From: Vicugna vicugna
Lineage: Eukaryota
Length of the DNA: 64,000 nt
Reading direction: 5' to 3'
Assembly (NCBI GenBank): GCA_013265495.1
Contig: MU058718.1
Location: 62,001-126,000 of the forward strand
Below, piece after piece: positions 1 to 12,573 of the stretch (its first letter is position 1; each line of letters opens with the position of its first letter). Made by a program: the position numbers and the translations under genes. Below the pieces are notes generated by a model. The model saw nothing but the letters and a program-made list of their open reading frames with translations, was not told the origin of the DNA and did no database searches.

Positions 1-3000
1 GGATGTCACCTGTTCATTGCCGGTGAGTCGCGTAAGTCATGAGCAATTGAAGGAAACTGGCTCACTGCACCATCCCTGAAAAAAAGCAGCCCCCGCAACC
101 ATCCAGGCTGCTCTGACCTTGGCCTAATGCTCATGATTGCCCACACAGTGATAATGAGTTTGCTATCCTCTGGCTTTTAGAGGTAAGGGAACTTGGTCTA
201 ATGCCTGCTGACTCATAAGATATAGGGGCCCTGGCCTGCCTCTGATGTGACGTGGGCACTTGAATTGGGAACGATTTCCATTTCCTCTCCAGCAAAGAGT
301 GGTGGCTAAGGATGGCCAGCTAAGCATCCAGAAGCCTCACCCAAGAACCCTGTCTCTGCCTCCAGGGAAGGGGGTGGAAAGAAGGAAGGAGCAGGTTTAT
401 TCCCTCCTTGCCCTCCGCTTTTAGCTGCTCTACAGGCAGCTGCTGTGAAAAAGCGTTAGAGCTGCTGCTGATTCCTATCAGATAGGAACTATGCCAAGCA
501 TAGCCAGCCTTAATGAAAGGCTGCTTATCCTACATTAGTCATTAACTGGGTGCAAAAGTGAGTCTACAGCCTTCTGCTCCTCAAGCAGTGCGCAATCCAG
601 AAGGGAGTGTAAACTATGAAATACAGGACAAGGTTAAATGAAATATAGGCCAAATGGAGCTCAAGTGACATGGTACAGGGATTCAGAAGAGAAACTGTCT
701 TAGCTGTGTCTTGGAAGATCGAGGAGGGCTCCACACAGAAGGCGGCATCTGAAGACTAGGACAAATTTCCAGAGCCAGAGTATCCAGAAATGGCATTCCC
801 AAGCTGAGAGAATTGTAGGAACAATGATAACTTAATGCTTTTTCAGAGGCTGGAAGTATAGTTTGGAAACTGAAGATGGAGAGGTTTGATTTTTTTTGTT
901 TTGTTTTCGTTCTTTGTTTTTGCTTTAAAAAAAAATTCCATACTCAGGAATTTGGACTTTGTCCCTGTACACAGTGGGAGAAGCAATGCAGGTTTTGCAA
1001 GGTCATCTGTGTTCTGGAAGTGTATGTGCAACTTATGGATTCGATCAATAACACCCTCATTGTATTCCCAGCATTCTGCCAGGCACCATGGCGCCAAAAG
1101 GAAGACCACACTCTTTACTGAAAGAGGCTACAGTCAATTAAAGAGATAAAGCACAGACCCAGAATCAGAAAGAGAGCTGGGGAAGAGCGTCATAGAAGCA
1201 CACTGGCTGCAGGAATTCAGAAAAGGAAAACCGACCAGGAGAGGCTTAATGGAGGAAGTGAGCTGGGACTGAGCCATGAACAAAGTTCAGGATTAAAACT
1301 GCAGGAAGAAAGGAGAAGCACATTCTGAGACTGAGCAGGAGGGACAAGGTGGGACAAAAGCAGCATGCACAAAGTCTGTTAGGGAAGTGGGCTTGCAGTC
1401 CTGAGGATATAGACTTGGGTTTGGAAACTAGAATTTGGAAACTGTGAACAGAGGCCATAGCACAGCAGGTTTTTCAAGTAGTACCACCACAACATGTACC
1501 AAAGTCATTTTCTTTCCCTCAAACCAACGCAGATGCAGGCTACATAAGGGGACCCATTTTATTCCCTTTTTCCAATACGACCAAACCTAGAGATGCAACC
1601 AGGAAACTGCAAACTGCAACCTGGTGCTAAAACACATTTTTGTTCCTTTGGGAAAGAGCACAAGTTCATCAGCCTAGAAAGTCCTCAAACTTTCTTAAAG
1701 CTGATGTCCAGGAAGTGCTAGGTCACTGCCTGGGCTCTAGGAGGGACCACAGGAGAAATGATCATACAAAATCATGGCACAAAGTGAGAAACTAGCACGC
1801 ACCAGGCAGGTCATGCACATATGCCCAAAACTGAACTCTATGCCTTTAGTAGCACTGACTAAAAATAATCCCCTATGTAGGAGGCAACGTGGTGTCTGGG
1901 AAAGTCCCCAGGTGGAATCCTGGCAGCACCACTCACTGTATGACCTAATTGCTTTAAGCTTCAATTTCCTCATCTGTAAAGTGAGGATAATAGCATCTGC
2001 CTCATAGTCCTGACATAAAGATGAGGTGAGATGACACATGCAAAGCACCTCACATGATAATTGGCATCGAAGCAGCCCTGGATAAACTCTGGTTCCTCTT
2101 CTTTTCCTCACATTGGTCTCATAGTGTAAAGCCAGATCAAGAGGGTCAGTGTGATTTGGGGAAACCAACCAAAGGAATATGATGATAATGAGGCTTGAAG
2201 TCTCAGACCACATGAAAGGTCTCCAGGGCATAGCCAATGTCCAACTTCTGAAATGACTCTGAGATTGGTATCTTTTTCAGATGTCACAGCTTGGTCAATG
2301 CTGCCCCTCCATCACACTTAACATCAACTGTTAAGACAGGATCTATTATAGAATGCTGGAGAGAGGCCAGCACAGCAGCCCTGAAATTCTGTCCCCTGCC
2401 CCCAGCTCAGGCAGGATGGGAGTGAAGAAGAGGGAACTGAGGGTACCAAAACAGCTTCTGAAGGTTCAGCTCACGTAGGAGGAGCAGGGGCAGAGAAAGC
2501 CAAAGCAACACTCCAAAGATTCAGGAAAAGAGAAGTCCTCAAAGTAGAGCGCAGCTCAAATGTCAGGAAGGCAGAACCAGTTAATAATCTGACTTGACAG
2601 GCAGCCAAAAGACTCGAGGTAGCTCATTTAACACGTGGGTGTGAGGCAGCCCAGAAGACAAAAGCACAAAAATAATAGCAGGTAAAATATGAGTCAAGCT
2701 ACTAAGCAAGTCAGATGGAGAATCTATCGATTGCCAAGTCTGTTGGATCCCTACAGGATCCTTTCCCTCCATCCCTCTTCTTCATTGCCACTGCCCTTGC
2801 CCTGATTCAGGCCTCTATTACCTCCCACCAGCTCAGGAATACCTTGATTTTCTAAATATACAACTCTCATCAAATTCCTCATTGCTCAGCAAATAAAATC
2901 TAGATTTCCTAACGTGATAATTCAAAGCCCCCCATCATATGACATGACCTCCATCTTAAACAGCCTGTTCCCTTTCCAGATCCTTATGCTTCAAGCCAAA

Positions 3001-3090
3001 CCAAAATAGACACACACTCAAATCTCTGTATTTTTCCATTTCAGTGATTACGCTTGAGCTGTTGTTTCCCAGCGAGTCTCTTTTATCCTT

Positions 3091-3535
3091 TGTATTCCTT
3101 TCCCAGGGCTGCCACAACAAATTACTACAAACTGGGTGGCTTAAAACAAGAGAAATTTATTCTCTCACAGTCCTGGAAGCCACAAGTGCAAAATCAAGGT
3201 ATTGGCAGGGTTGCTTCTTTCAGGAGGCTGGGAGGGAAATCTGTTCCATGCCTCTCTCCTAGCTTCTGGTGGCTGCCGGCATCCTTGACATTCCTTGGCG
3301 TAGGGCTGCCAATCTCTGCCTTCATCTTCCCGTAGCCCTCTCCTCTCTGCGTGTCTCAAATCTCCCTCTGCTTTTCTCTTAGAGGGGCACCATTTAGGGT
3401 GGGCCCTAAATCCAGGATGATCTCATCTCTAGCTCCTTAATGTAATTACATCTGTAGTAACCCTTTTGCCAAATAAGGTCATATTCACATGTTTTGGGAG
3501 GTCATGTCTTTTGGAGGGGCTACAGTTCAACCCCC
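3091..3535 (-). mobile_element. MaLR MLT1 (MLT1C-like) solo LTR
   Basis: GGCTGCCACAACAAATTACTACAAACTGGGTGGCTTAAAACAA...ATTTATTCTCTCACAGT hallmark. Confidence 0.85.
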
Positions 3536-6500
3536 CTTGTTCTTCAAAACTTTGCTCTATCGCTGTCTCCTCTGTGAAGTATGATCTGATGCCAATCCAC
3601 AAGAAGTAATCTCTCCCTCCTATAAACTGCCAGGACATTTACCTGAATTCTACTTGGTGTTATTGCATATTTGTACACAGGACTTACGTTTGCGTGAATT
3701 GCCAAACTTCCACAGACCTCAGTTTCCTCATCTTTGAAACTGAGATGATAATTACATCTACTTATAGCATTGTTTTGATAAAAAGAAGTTTTAAGGGACT
3801 TAAAGCAGTGCCTGGACATAGTAAGCCATTAATACCATTATCTTTATTGTTATTGTGGTTGTCATCATCTTCCTACCATATTGTAAGTTCCTGAAAGACA
3901 GGCATCACTGTGTCCTCTGCAGTATCTAAGGAGTGACTTGCACAGGGTAATGGATGAGTGGCCATGTGGGGGGAAGATGACAGATAAACTGTCTTGAAGT
4001 AAAATTGTAAAGGGAGACGTGTTTGGAGATGTTATGAAGGGATTGAGCTCTCTGACCCAACTCTCCATCACAGTGAAGTGCTCAGGTCTTCCCCAAATGT
4101 GGAGAGTCTCTCCTTGGTCACTCCTAGGACATTTCTGTCAATAGTTACTCCGTTTGACTTACAAGAAGCCCAAGTGGGAGATGTGCCACTCAGTGGCTCT
4201 TCTTAGTAAGCACAGCATATCCAGAGGAGAAATCATTTTCATTAAGAATGTCATCTGTGGATTTGTCACCATGGTAATTATGTTTTATTATTCTCATTGT
4301 AACTTTTAACACTGACATGACTCTGAAATAGAAAGGAAAAAAAGGGAAGGGGAGGGGCTGACTCCTGGATTAAGGGAAGAGTGACTCATTGGCCCTAGGG
4401 AGCCTTCTCTCAGGAACTGGGTCGGTGTGTTGACTCACCTCGGCCTCGGGCCTCTTCCCTCTTCCCAAAGGTGGCTCCCCTCAAGGTCCTCTCGGGGGTG
4501 TGGAAACCTTTAGGGCACTGCTAGTTCTTCTCTGTACACACCATACTCTCCCCCATGTACTCCCATAGGCTGATTTGTAAGGTTGCCTTCTAAAGGGCCA
4601 AGGCTCTTGATGAATGGTTCTGTCTTTTGTTTTAGAATACTCCGGTTTTCTAAAAGATGTTCACTATTAGAAGTGAGGGTGGTAGTTGCTCCTACCTGGC
4701 TGCAGAAAATAATCCCAGCAACCCCACAACTACTGACTAACTGCTTGGCAAGTGCCAGACACTGTACTGAGTGCATTACCGATGACCCCCTGTAATCCTA
4801 CCACAGCCCGAGGAGAGTCCTGTGACTAGCTCCATTTCACAGGGGAGAAATTTAAGGCTTACAGATATTAAGTCACTTGCCTAAAGTCACAATCCTTATG
4901 TGTGATTAGGCAAAGATTCCAACTGAGCTCTAACTCCCAAGTTCGGGCTCTTAACCACTGGACACCACCACTCCCCAATATGCATTCACCTATTTCCAAA
5001 GAGAAAGGCAGATTTTCTCTCTCCACCACTGCAGAAAGGAGGTCCATGTGATATCAGAGAAGCTGGGAATGAAAATAACAGCCTTCTTCTTGAGCTTCCC
5101 AGGTTAGAAATATGAGACAGACCCTTAACAGATAGATAAACAGCTATAATCTCAGAAGTTTACCTGATCTTGCATAGGAAGTGTTTCAAGTTTACGGAGA
5201 CATCTATCAGAATTAAATTTTTAAATGTTAACTCTTGGGGGGGAAGATGGTACTGGAGAGTCATTCCCAACTTGACTCTAATTATACAGCATGCAAGCGC
5301 AGGCATGTAGAAAGATTCATATTTTATCAAGGTGTGTACAAAGTGGAGTTCAGTGAGAAGACAGAAGCTGAAATTCTTATATGCACTTTCCCAAGCAAAC
5401 ATTGTAAAACCTAATCTGCTGTGCATGGCAGGGGGCAGGTAGCTAGGATCAGGCATCCCTGAATGTGTTGTGACTGGGAAACCATAAAGCAGCTCTCTCC
5501 TGCCCAGAATCAGTGCTGGTTGATTCGGTTCTGTTTCCATGTAACAACTGCTAAAACTCTGCTCGTAAATCACACTATTTATATGCTTTAAAAAGTAATG
5601 TACAAAAAATAAAATGAAAATATAGTAAAGAATACTTTTTTTTTGTAGAAACTGTCTGATAGCAGATGTCCATACAGAGAGAAAATAATAGGGATTAATC
5701 GAAAAGAGAAAAAAAAGCGCTTGTGAAATTTCAACTTTTGTCTCTAATTTTGCATGAAATTGAGCCATTTTCCTGGGAAAATTAAAATAACAGCAAGTCT
5801 TCTCTGCATCCAGAGTGTGGTACCACCAGGGAAGGAAAGCTGTAGCATTAACGGGGAAGCACTGTGCTGCCTTTACTGCTGAGGATTTTCAACGGACTGA
5901 GATTGGTGAGCCAAGGCTATGGTGATTAAGAAGGTTATTTGTGACGACAGTGCATCAGAGCCTCCTCAATTAAGTCATAATACAGGCTCCTTCCCAGATG
6001 CAGACATTTATGCTCCATATCCACTGTGAAGGGGAAAGATGAGTTATTGTGGGATATTTTTATTTCAAATGATTGCTGAAAGGACAAGAATGCATCAAAA
6101 TTTGATCTAGACAAGACCTTCAAGCAATGCTCAAATTCACCTCCACATTCTTGGGTATAAAATCCGTGTGAGGAGAATTGGCAGCTGACTACAGAGATTC
6201 ATCACAGTGAAATGTCCAAGGCTCCTAAGAGGGAGAGAAGGCTGCATCTAGCAAAATTGCCACCAGACTAAAAAATGTTCTCGCCTAGTGTGGCCTCAAG
6301 AAACCTAATCACATTTATGAAAATTCTTGGTTTTCAGCTTTTTCCTAGGCAGCAATATTGCCCCTCACATTAACACCCATCAAGGCATGAATGCAGATTA
6401 CTCTTCAAGCATTTTCAATTGGTTTAATCACTGGAAAAAATTGTATCTCCTTGTATAAAAATATACCAATATATTTGTATCAATTGGTACAAAGACTGAA

Positions 6501-7240
6501 CCTATTTATTTTTGGTAGTACCCCCTGATCTTTTGACACAGAGAAATATTCACTTTTTATTTTAACATCTAGGGTATCCACAGACCGCTTTGTACTCTGG
6601 CTCCAAAAGCTGTTTGTTCCCCAAACAAAAGGAAATTCCCTTCATGGAGGGGAAACAGCACCCCCTAGTGAAACAATATTTCCCAATATTCCTTCAGTGA
6701 TGTAGCTCCATCTCCATTCCACAGCAGTGTGGGTGCATTTTAGAGGCTAAGGCCCCATGCCTAGGGCCTCCAAACTTTTCAAGGGCCAATAAAATTGTTT
6801 GAGAGCTGAGAAAAATCTGTTGGCTTCAAAGTTTTTTAAATTCTAAAGCTCAAATTAATGTTTGATTAAATGTCTACAAAATGTGACATATCAACTAATC
6901 ACAGCAATTCAATTATTAAATAGTTATATATAAATTACACTTAATGTATGATGTGGGTTCATTTTAGTATTTTCTATGATTACGGACAGAACCTCTTAAA
7001 AAATAGTTAAAAGCCTATTTACTTTTCATAGAGTTGACCTTTCTTAAAGACTCTTGATGATCATTAACATGGTTCATCAAAGTCTTAACTAATTACTCTC
7101 TTAAAAACATCAAAAACAATACTTTATATGTGCAAAGTGCTTGGTAAAAGTTTACACATAGTCCCATTCACCTCATTTATCTTTACAATAGTAAATTAAG
7201 AAATGATGAATTAAAATTTTTGGATATGGTGGATTTTGGG

Positions 7241-7295
7241 TTTCTCTCTTTCTCTCTCTCTCTTTTCTTTTCTTTTTCTTTTTTTTTTTTTTTTT
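7241..7295. repeat. (CT)n / poly-T simple repeat
   Basis: Pure pyrimidine tract read directly. Confidence 0.9.
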
Positions 7296-7434
7296 GCCAA
7301 AGTACAAAATATTACAAATTCTGAAGCAAAAACAAACAAAACCATCAGAATCAAAACAGATTAACAAGTGCAGTTCAAATGAAAACAAACCACTAATTTG
7401 AAATGGCATATGTAGACTTTGATGGGGGACAATA

Positions 7435-7660
7435 CATAGCATGTGGCTCCAGAGTCAGATATTCTGAATAGGAGCTGTGTGACCTGGGAGAAGTTACTTA
7501 ATCTCTCTGTGCCTCGGTATCCTCAACTGTAAAATGAAGGTAAAAGAATACTTACCTCACAGGATTGTTGTGATGTTTAAGTGAGTCTGTATAAATTAAA
7601 TACTTAGAGTAGTGTGTGGCCCATAGTAAGAGTTCAGTGAATACCAGAAGTTATTATTGA
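7435..7660 (+). mobile_element. MIR (other copies near 1930-2075, 3700-3860, 4730-4960, 27620-27855, 28630-28860, 33090-33290, 36530-36750)
   Basis: Core GCTGTGTGACCTGGGAGAAGTTACTTAATCTCTCTGTGCCTCGGTATCCTCAACTGTAAAATG. Confidence 0.8.
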
Positions 7661-7773
7661 ACCAAACCATACTAATCTTTGATTCTCAGAAATACATCAA
7701 TTTAAGATTTTGAATAAATTAACTCTTATCAAAACTGAAAACATACACAAAACAGTCACTCATCTTTTGTATT

Positions 7774-7908
7774 TTTTTTTCTTTTTTTTTTTGGTGGGGG
7801 AGGTAATCAGGTTTATTTATTTATTCTTAGAGGAGGCACTGGGGATTGAACCCGGGACCTCAGGCATGCTAAGCATGCGCTCTGCCCATGTGAGCTATAC
7901 CCTCCCCC
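7774..7908 (-). mobile_element. tRNA-derived SINE (camelid Vic-1-like) with 16-bp TSD
   Basis: Reverse complement has GGGGAGGGTATAGCTCA (A box) and GGGTTCAATCCCC (B box) plus an A tail; TSD ACTCATCTTTTGTATT at 7758-73 and 7910-25. Confidence 0.9.
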
Positions 7909-8049
7909 AACTCATCTTTTGTATTGAAACTTTTTATTTGCAAATGATTTCAAACTTTGAATTGTTAACATTTTATTGATTTGCTTTTTCATTTGCCCTG
8001 CAGATCACTGCAAATCTGTGTTCCCACTTCTTAATCATAACTTATGATG

Positions 8050-8598
8050 TGTTCATTTTCTATTTCTGAGTAACAAATTAAATTTGGTGACTTAAAACAA
8101 CACCTATTTAAAAGATCTTAGTTGTATCAGTCAGAAGTCTGAGCACAACGTGACGGGGTTCCCTACTCAGGGCTCACAAGGCTGAAATGAAGGGATTGGC
8201 CAGGCTGAGCTCCTTTCTGGGACCCCTTTCTTTGTTGTTGGCCAAATTCAGTTCCTTGCAGCTATAGGACTGAGCTTTCCATTTCCTTGCTGACTCTCAA
8301 CTGTGGGCCACTCACAGCTCCTTCAGGTCACTCACCTTCCTTGCAAATGACCCCATCTATCTCCTAAGCAGCAATGGAGAATCTCCCTCATGGTAATTCT
8401 TTTCAAGCTTTGAATCTTTCTCCCAAGGAAGAGCCCAGTTCCTCTTAGGGCTTGCCCAGTGAGGTCAGGCTCACCTAGGATAATCTGTCTCTTTTTCTTA
8501 AAGCTGACTGATTTGGGACCTGCAACATCCCTTCACAGAAGTACCTAGATTAGTGTTTGAATAACTGGGAGAAGGTGGGAATTTGGGGGGGGGCATCT
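8050..8598 (-). mobile_element. MaLR MLT1 (D/E-like) LTR
   Basis: TGACTTAAAACAAC...CAAGGCTGAAAT...AGAATTCCACCTACCACA. Confidence 0.75.
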
Positions 8599-8642
8599 CA
8601 GAATTCCACCTACCACATATAAAGAGGCACTTTATAAGCCTC

Positions 8643-8965
8643 TGTTTTAGTCTACTAGGGCTGCCATAGCAAAATACCATGGACTGAATGGCTTAAACAA
8701 CAGAAATTAATTTTCTCACAGTTCTGGAGGTTGGAAGTCCCAGATCAAGGTGTCAGCAGGTTTGTTTTCTCCTGAGGCCCTCCTCCTTGGCTTGCACATG
8801 GCCATCTTCTTACTGTGTCCTCACATGGCCTTTTTCTCTGTGCGTATGCAGCCCTGGTGGCTCTCTCTTCTTATAAGGACACGAGTGATACTAGACTGGG
8901 GCTATAGCATATGAATTTGTGTGTGTTGAGGGGGAAGACACAATTTGGTCCATATCAGTCTAACA
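8643..8965 (-). mobile_element. MaLR MLT1A-like LTR
   Basis: GGGCTGCCATAGCAAAATACC...CTCACAGTTCTGGAGGTTGGAAGTCC. Confidence 0.8.
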
Positions 8966-9799
8966 GCAAGACTAAGAGCTAATATTTGAGCTGCTAGGCA
9001 GGTACTGTGCTAAACATTTTTGGTAGGCTATCTCATTTAACATAAATCATTAGATTAAGTTGTACATCATCATAACCATTATAAAAAATTCCAGCTTTAT
9101 CAAAATATTCCCTATATTCTTGATTAGAAATTCTATAAAATTTTTATTGATCTGATTCTTAGAGTTCTCTGTCTGTACTGTGCTTCATTCTGAGGACAGT
9201 TTGATTCACTGATCAAATTTTATCCGTCATCTGTGAGCTTGGTACAGAGGCACAAAGATGAGTAATCAAAATTCCTGCTCTCAGAGAGTATAGGCTAGAA
9301 GGAAAGACATTTTATGTGTGTGTCTCCATGTATATTTTGAAATATGTTACATAAAAAGTGTCAATTATATTTACAGAACCATTCTGTACATGTAAGTTCT
9401 TATGAAAGCTAAGGTACTTAAAATTAAAATAGTAATTTCAAGAAAGAGGAAAACCCTGATTGTTTGATTTTACATTACCTTCTTGAGCTGCATTAACCCT
9501 ACCTATGCAGTAACACATTCTTTTGTATGTGGCTTTAGACTGAATTCTCTGAGATTGAGAAAAATCCACTTGTGGTTTAAAGGTGAGAAGTAATCATGAC
9601 ATAAAAGTGCAACACCTGACTGGGTAAGGTGCCTCAAGTTCCACTTGCTCTGCTCAAGAGACAGAAAAAATTTTTTTTTCTTTTAAAAATTGTTTATTTT
9701 CTCTTCAACCCATTCACCTTTTATGCTACCTACACCGAGACCTTTTTTCCTCCAGGAGGCAAAGGCAGCATTTGCAGGTACCAAAGAAAATCTCCAGAT

Positions 9800-10440
9800 T
9801 TGCCGGCTAAGTTGCTTCTCAGCTGTGGGCGGAGTGCGGTGATTGCACCTTGGCGTGGAGCCCCTTCCTTACCCAGCCCCACCCTCAGCCCTCCTTGCCT
9901 TCCTCGAGACCCGTGGGCCGGGTGCTGAGTTCTGCCTCCCCCTCCCTGGCTCATTATCCATTCACTCACGTCTGCGAAAGTGTGGCCAGGGCTAGCCCGG
10001 GACCAGGGACCCGCAGCCCCCGCCAGATCCCCGGAGGCCCCGCCTCGCCCCGTGCTGCCGGGGCGGATAAATGGCCTCTGAGCCCGCCGAGCTTCATCCG
10101 ACTTCGCCGCGGCTCAGCTCGCGCTGGCGTTTTCCCCAACCACAACACCCCCCACCCTCACAGTGAGCCCTCCGCCCATGGAGGAGGAGGAGACGTACCT
10201 GGAGCTCTACCTGGACCGATGCGCCGCCCAGGTGAGCCTGGAAGCCGCCGCCACTGTCCCAGAGTCAGGGTCCGCGTCCCTGCCCTATCGCTGAGCGCCG
10301 GGTCCTGCGCCAAGTCAAGCTCATAAAACTCCTGGTGACCTTAGGAGGTGGGCTTGATTGTCCCAGTTGTAAAAACTGAAGCATCGAGAAGTGAAATAAC
10401 TTACCTAAGGCTGCCGACCGAACTCGAACCTGGTCTAGTG
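9800..10440. promoter_or_regulatory. TBPL2: TBPL2 CpG-rich promoter: E-box CAGCTG 9820-25, GC boxes 9827-32 and 10060-66, TATA-like GATAAAT 10066-72
   Basis: High GC and CpG density around exon 1; motifs read directly. Confidence 0.75.
10178..10231 (+). CDS. TBPL2: TBPL2 coding exon 1 (MEEEETYLELYLDRCAAQ)
   Basis: ATG in cgcccATGg context; peptide matches recalled human MEQEETYLELYLDQCAAQ; donor CAG|GTGAGC, phase 0. Confidence 0.93.
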
Positions 10441-11684
10441 TGAACCAAATTGGAGGCACCTGTGGCTTCTTTCAGTTTGTGATTCTTACCCCCGCCCCCC
10501 CCTTTTTTTTTGCTTGTTTTTGCTTTTTAATTTAAGAAGTGTAGAAAAGAGGAGGGAGTCTTCCAAAAGAAAAGCAAGAGAGCAACTTAGGGCGAGGGTC
10601 GGGGGTGGATTTTTAAGTAGGCAAGAGGTAGAAATAGTGAAATCCCATAGTGTATTGTTTAACATCACAAAGGAGAGCCCACGCTGGGAAGGTTCTGGGA
10701 AGGATAAGTTAAAGGCTCTGCAAAGACAGTTTAACAAAAAGTTTCTTCAGATATAGGGCCAAGGATGCAGGGAATACTCTAGGTATATTCTCTGAGGTGT
10801 GTTCCTGAAGCTAAACTACAGGTAAAGGAGGCTGTCAGAGTTCCATTGTTATAAAACATCCATCTTCAATATCGTGTTGCCATTGCCTTAAGTTCCTTGT
10901 TGAAATTTAGTTCTTTGGGTGAGAGCTTCGTCCCTGCTAAAATGCCATAATGGGAAAATGGTGGGGAGACACTGATCTTTGCAAATATTAGTGCTTTAGT
11001 GTAAATTGGCTGATGAGATCTTTTCAGAGTAGGACAGAACAGGCCAGGGAAATAATGGAGAGGAATCTGGGCCATTGACCCCACCTCACTTTTTTAGGGC
11101 CAATCAGTGGTGTGGGAGTGGAGATAGGAGCTAATAACATAATTCAAAATGAAACAAGGTCAAAAATCGTATTTCAAGAGAGTGACCACATTCTTCCAAG
11201 CATTTTCTTCAAACAATTAGTCACCCCTGCCATCTGCTGGACTTGAAGTAATAGGACAACTCAATAGGATGTAGACAGATGTATTATCTTAGCTTAGGTA
11301 GCTTTGTCATTGAGAAGATGCAACACAAGACATTTGTGACTGTTCAGTTGTCAGAAGTAAGATCTTCTAAGACCTGAGATTATCCTGCCAGCAGTGCTCA
11401 AGATCTAGAATCCAGGCCTGCAACTTGGGTAAAGTGGGTGGTAATATATGTACCAAGGTCATCGACTTTTTTCCGTAACAAAGGCCATGAATTTTGCATT
11501 AGCTACTTCCCTCAGAGGCACACCTCATTCCCTCAGTTGATGGTAATGGAAGTTGAGCAGCCTTCCTTGGACTGGAAATACAATACATTGATTTAAACTA
11601 GATTTACCATTTACATTTCAATAACTTTCTTCCTATTGTACATTCACATAACTGGAATGACTTTTTTTTCCTGTATATATATAT

Positions 11685-11862
11685 TTTTTTTATTGAAGTA
11701 TAGTCAGTTTACAATGTTGTGTCAATTTCTGGTATAAATTGGGAGTTTGAGATTTGCAGATACTAACTAATATATATAAAATAGATAAAACAACAAGTTC
11801 ATACTGTATAGCACAGGGAACTAATTCAAAATCTTGTAGTAACCTATGGTGAAAAAGAATAT
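11685..11862 (-). mobile_element. 5'-truncated L1 3' end with inverted 5' segment
   Basis: poly-T plus antisense L1 terminus (11685-11733), then sense L1 3' UTR sequence; both parts align to the 37.3-kb copy. Confidence 0.8.
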
Positions 11863-12060
11863 GGAATAGTTTCTTATCTCTCCTTTGACTAGAAGGAATA
11901 AAGATGGGTCCTTAGTGGTGGCTTGATTAGCACATAAAGCTATGTCTTAAACTTCCTTCACTTATTGCTCTTCTCTTTAAAATATGAATTTAAAACTCAA
12001 AATCTTTAAATCAGTTAAGATTTATAATCAACTTGAGTACAGAAAATCTGTACTCTTTAA

Positions 12061-12226
12061 GGGAGGGTATAGCTCAGTGGTAGAGTGCGTGCTGAGCATG
12101 CTCGAGGTCCTAGGTTCAAGCCCCAGTACCTCCATTAAAAAATAAATAAATAACCTAAGTACCTCCTCCTCCTGTGAATGAAAGAAAGAAAGAAAAGAAA
12201 GAAAAAGAAAGGAAAGAAAGAAAGAT
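12061..12226 (+). mobile_element. tRNA-derived SINE (Vic-1-like) with (GAAA)n tail, TBPL2 intron 1
   Basis: TAGCTCAGTGG A box and GGTTCAAGCCC B box; TSD AAAATCTGTACTCTT at 12043-57 and 12227-41. Confidence 0.9.
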
Positions 12227-12573
12227 AAAATCTGTACTCTTCAAAGTACCCACAATTTAGAGCATGGTTGCTCAATTGTCTTAGTTACAAAATTGGATTT
12301 AGAGTGGCAATTTATTAAGGATCTAACCAAAGTAAGAAAAGCATTTTATGAAAAATGCTTTTTCTGCTTTTTAAGATATACTTTCCTGTTTTCATTAGGT
12401 GTGTTGTAATTCTATAACTTTAATGATACTTTGTGGAAAGTGCAGGGCATGAACATAGCTATCCTGGACTGCCTCATCTGAATGAATTGCCCGCCGGCCA
12501 TGGTGGCATCCCTTTGGTGTGACATGATGTTCTGTTTGTTGTGTTTTGTTTGTCTGTTTTGGGAACGGCCTAG

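Noticed and set aside
5160..5768. 202-aa minus-strand ORF
   Set aside because: Non-ATG start, low-complexity AT-rich composition, no recognisable domain or splice structure
9850..10326. 158-aa ORF over the TBPL2 promoter
   Set aside because: GC-rich artefact in a different frame from the TBPL2 exon 1 peptide; non-ATG start
12061..12133. tRNA-Ala-like gene
   Set aside because: It is the head of a SINE with an A-rich tail and TSD; diverged copies occur elsewhere in the window
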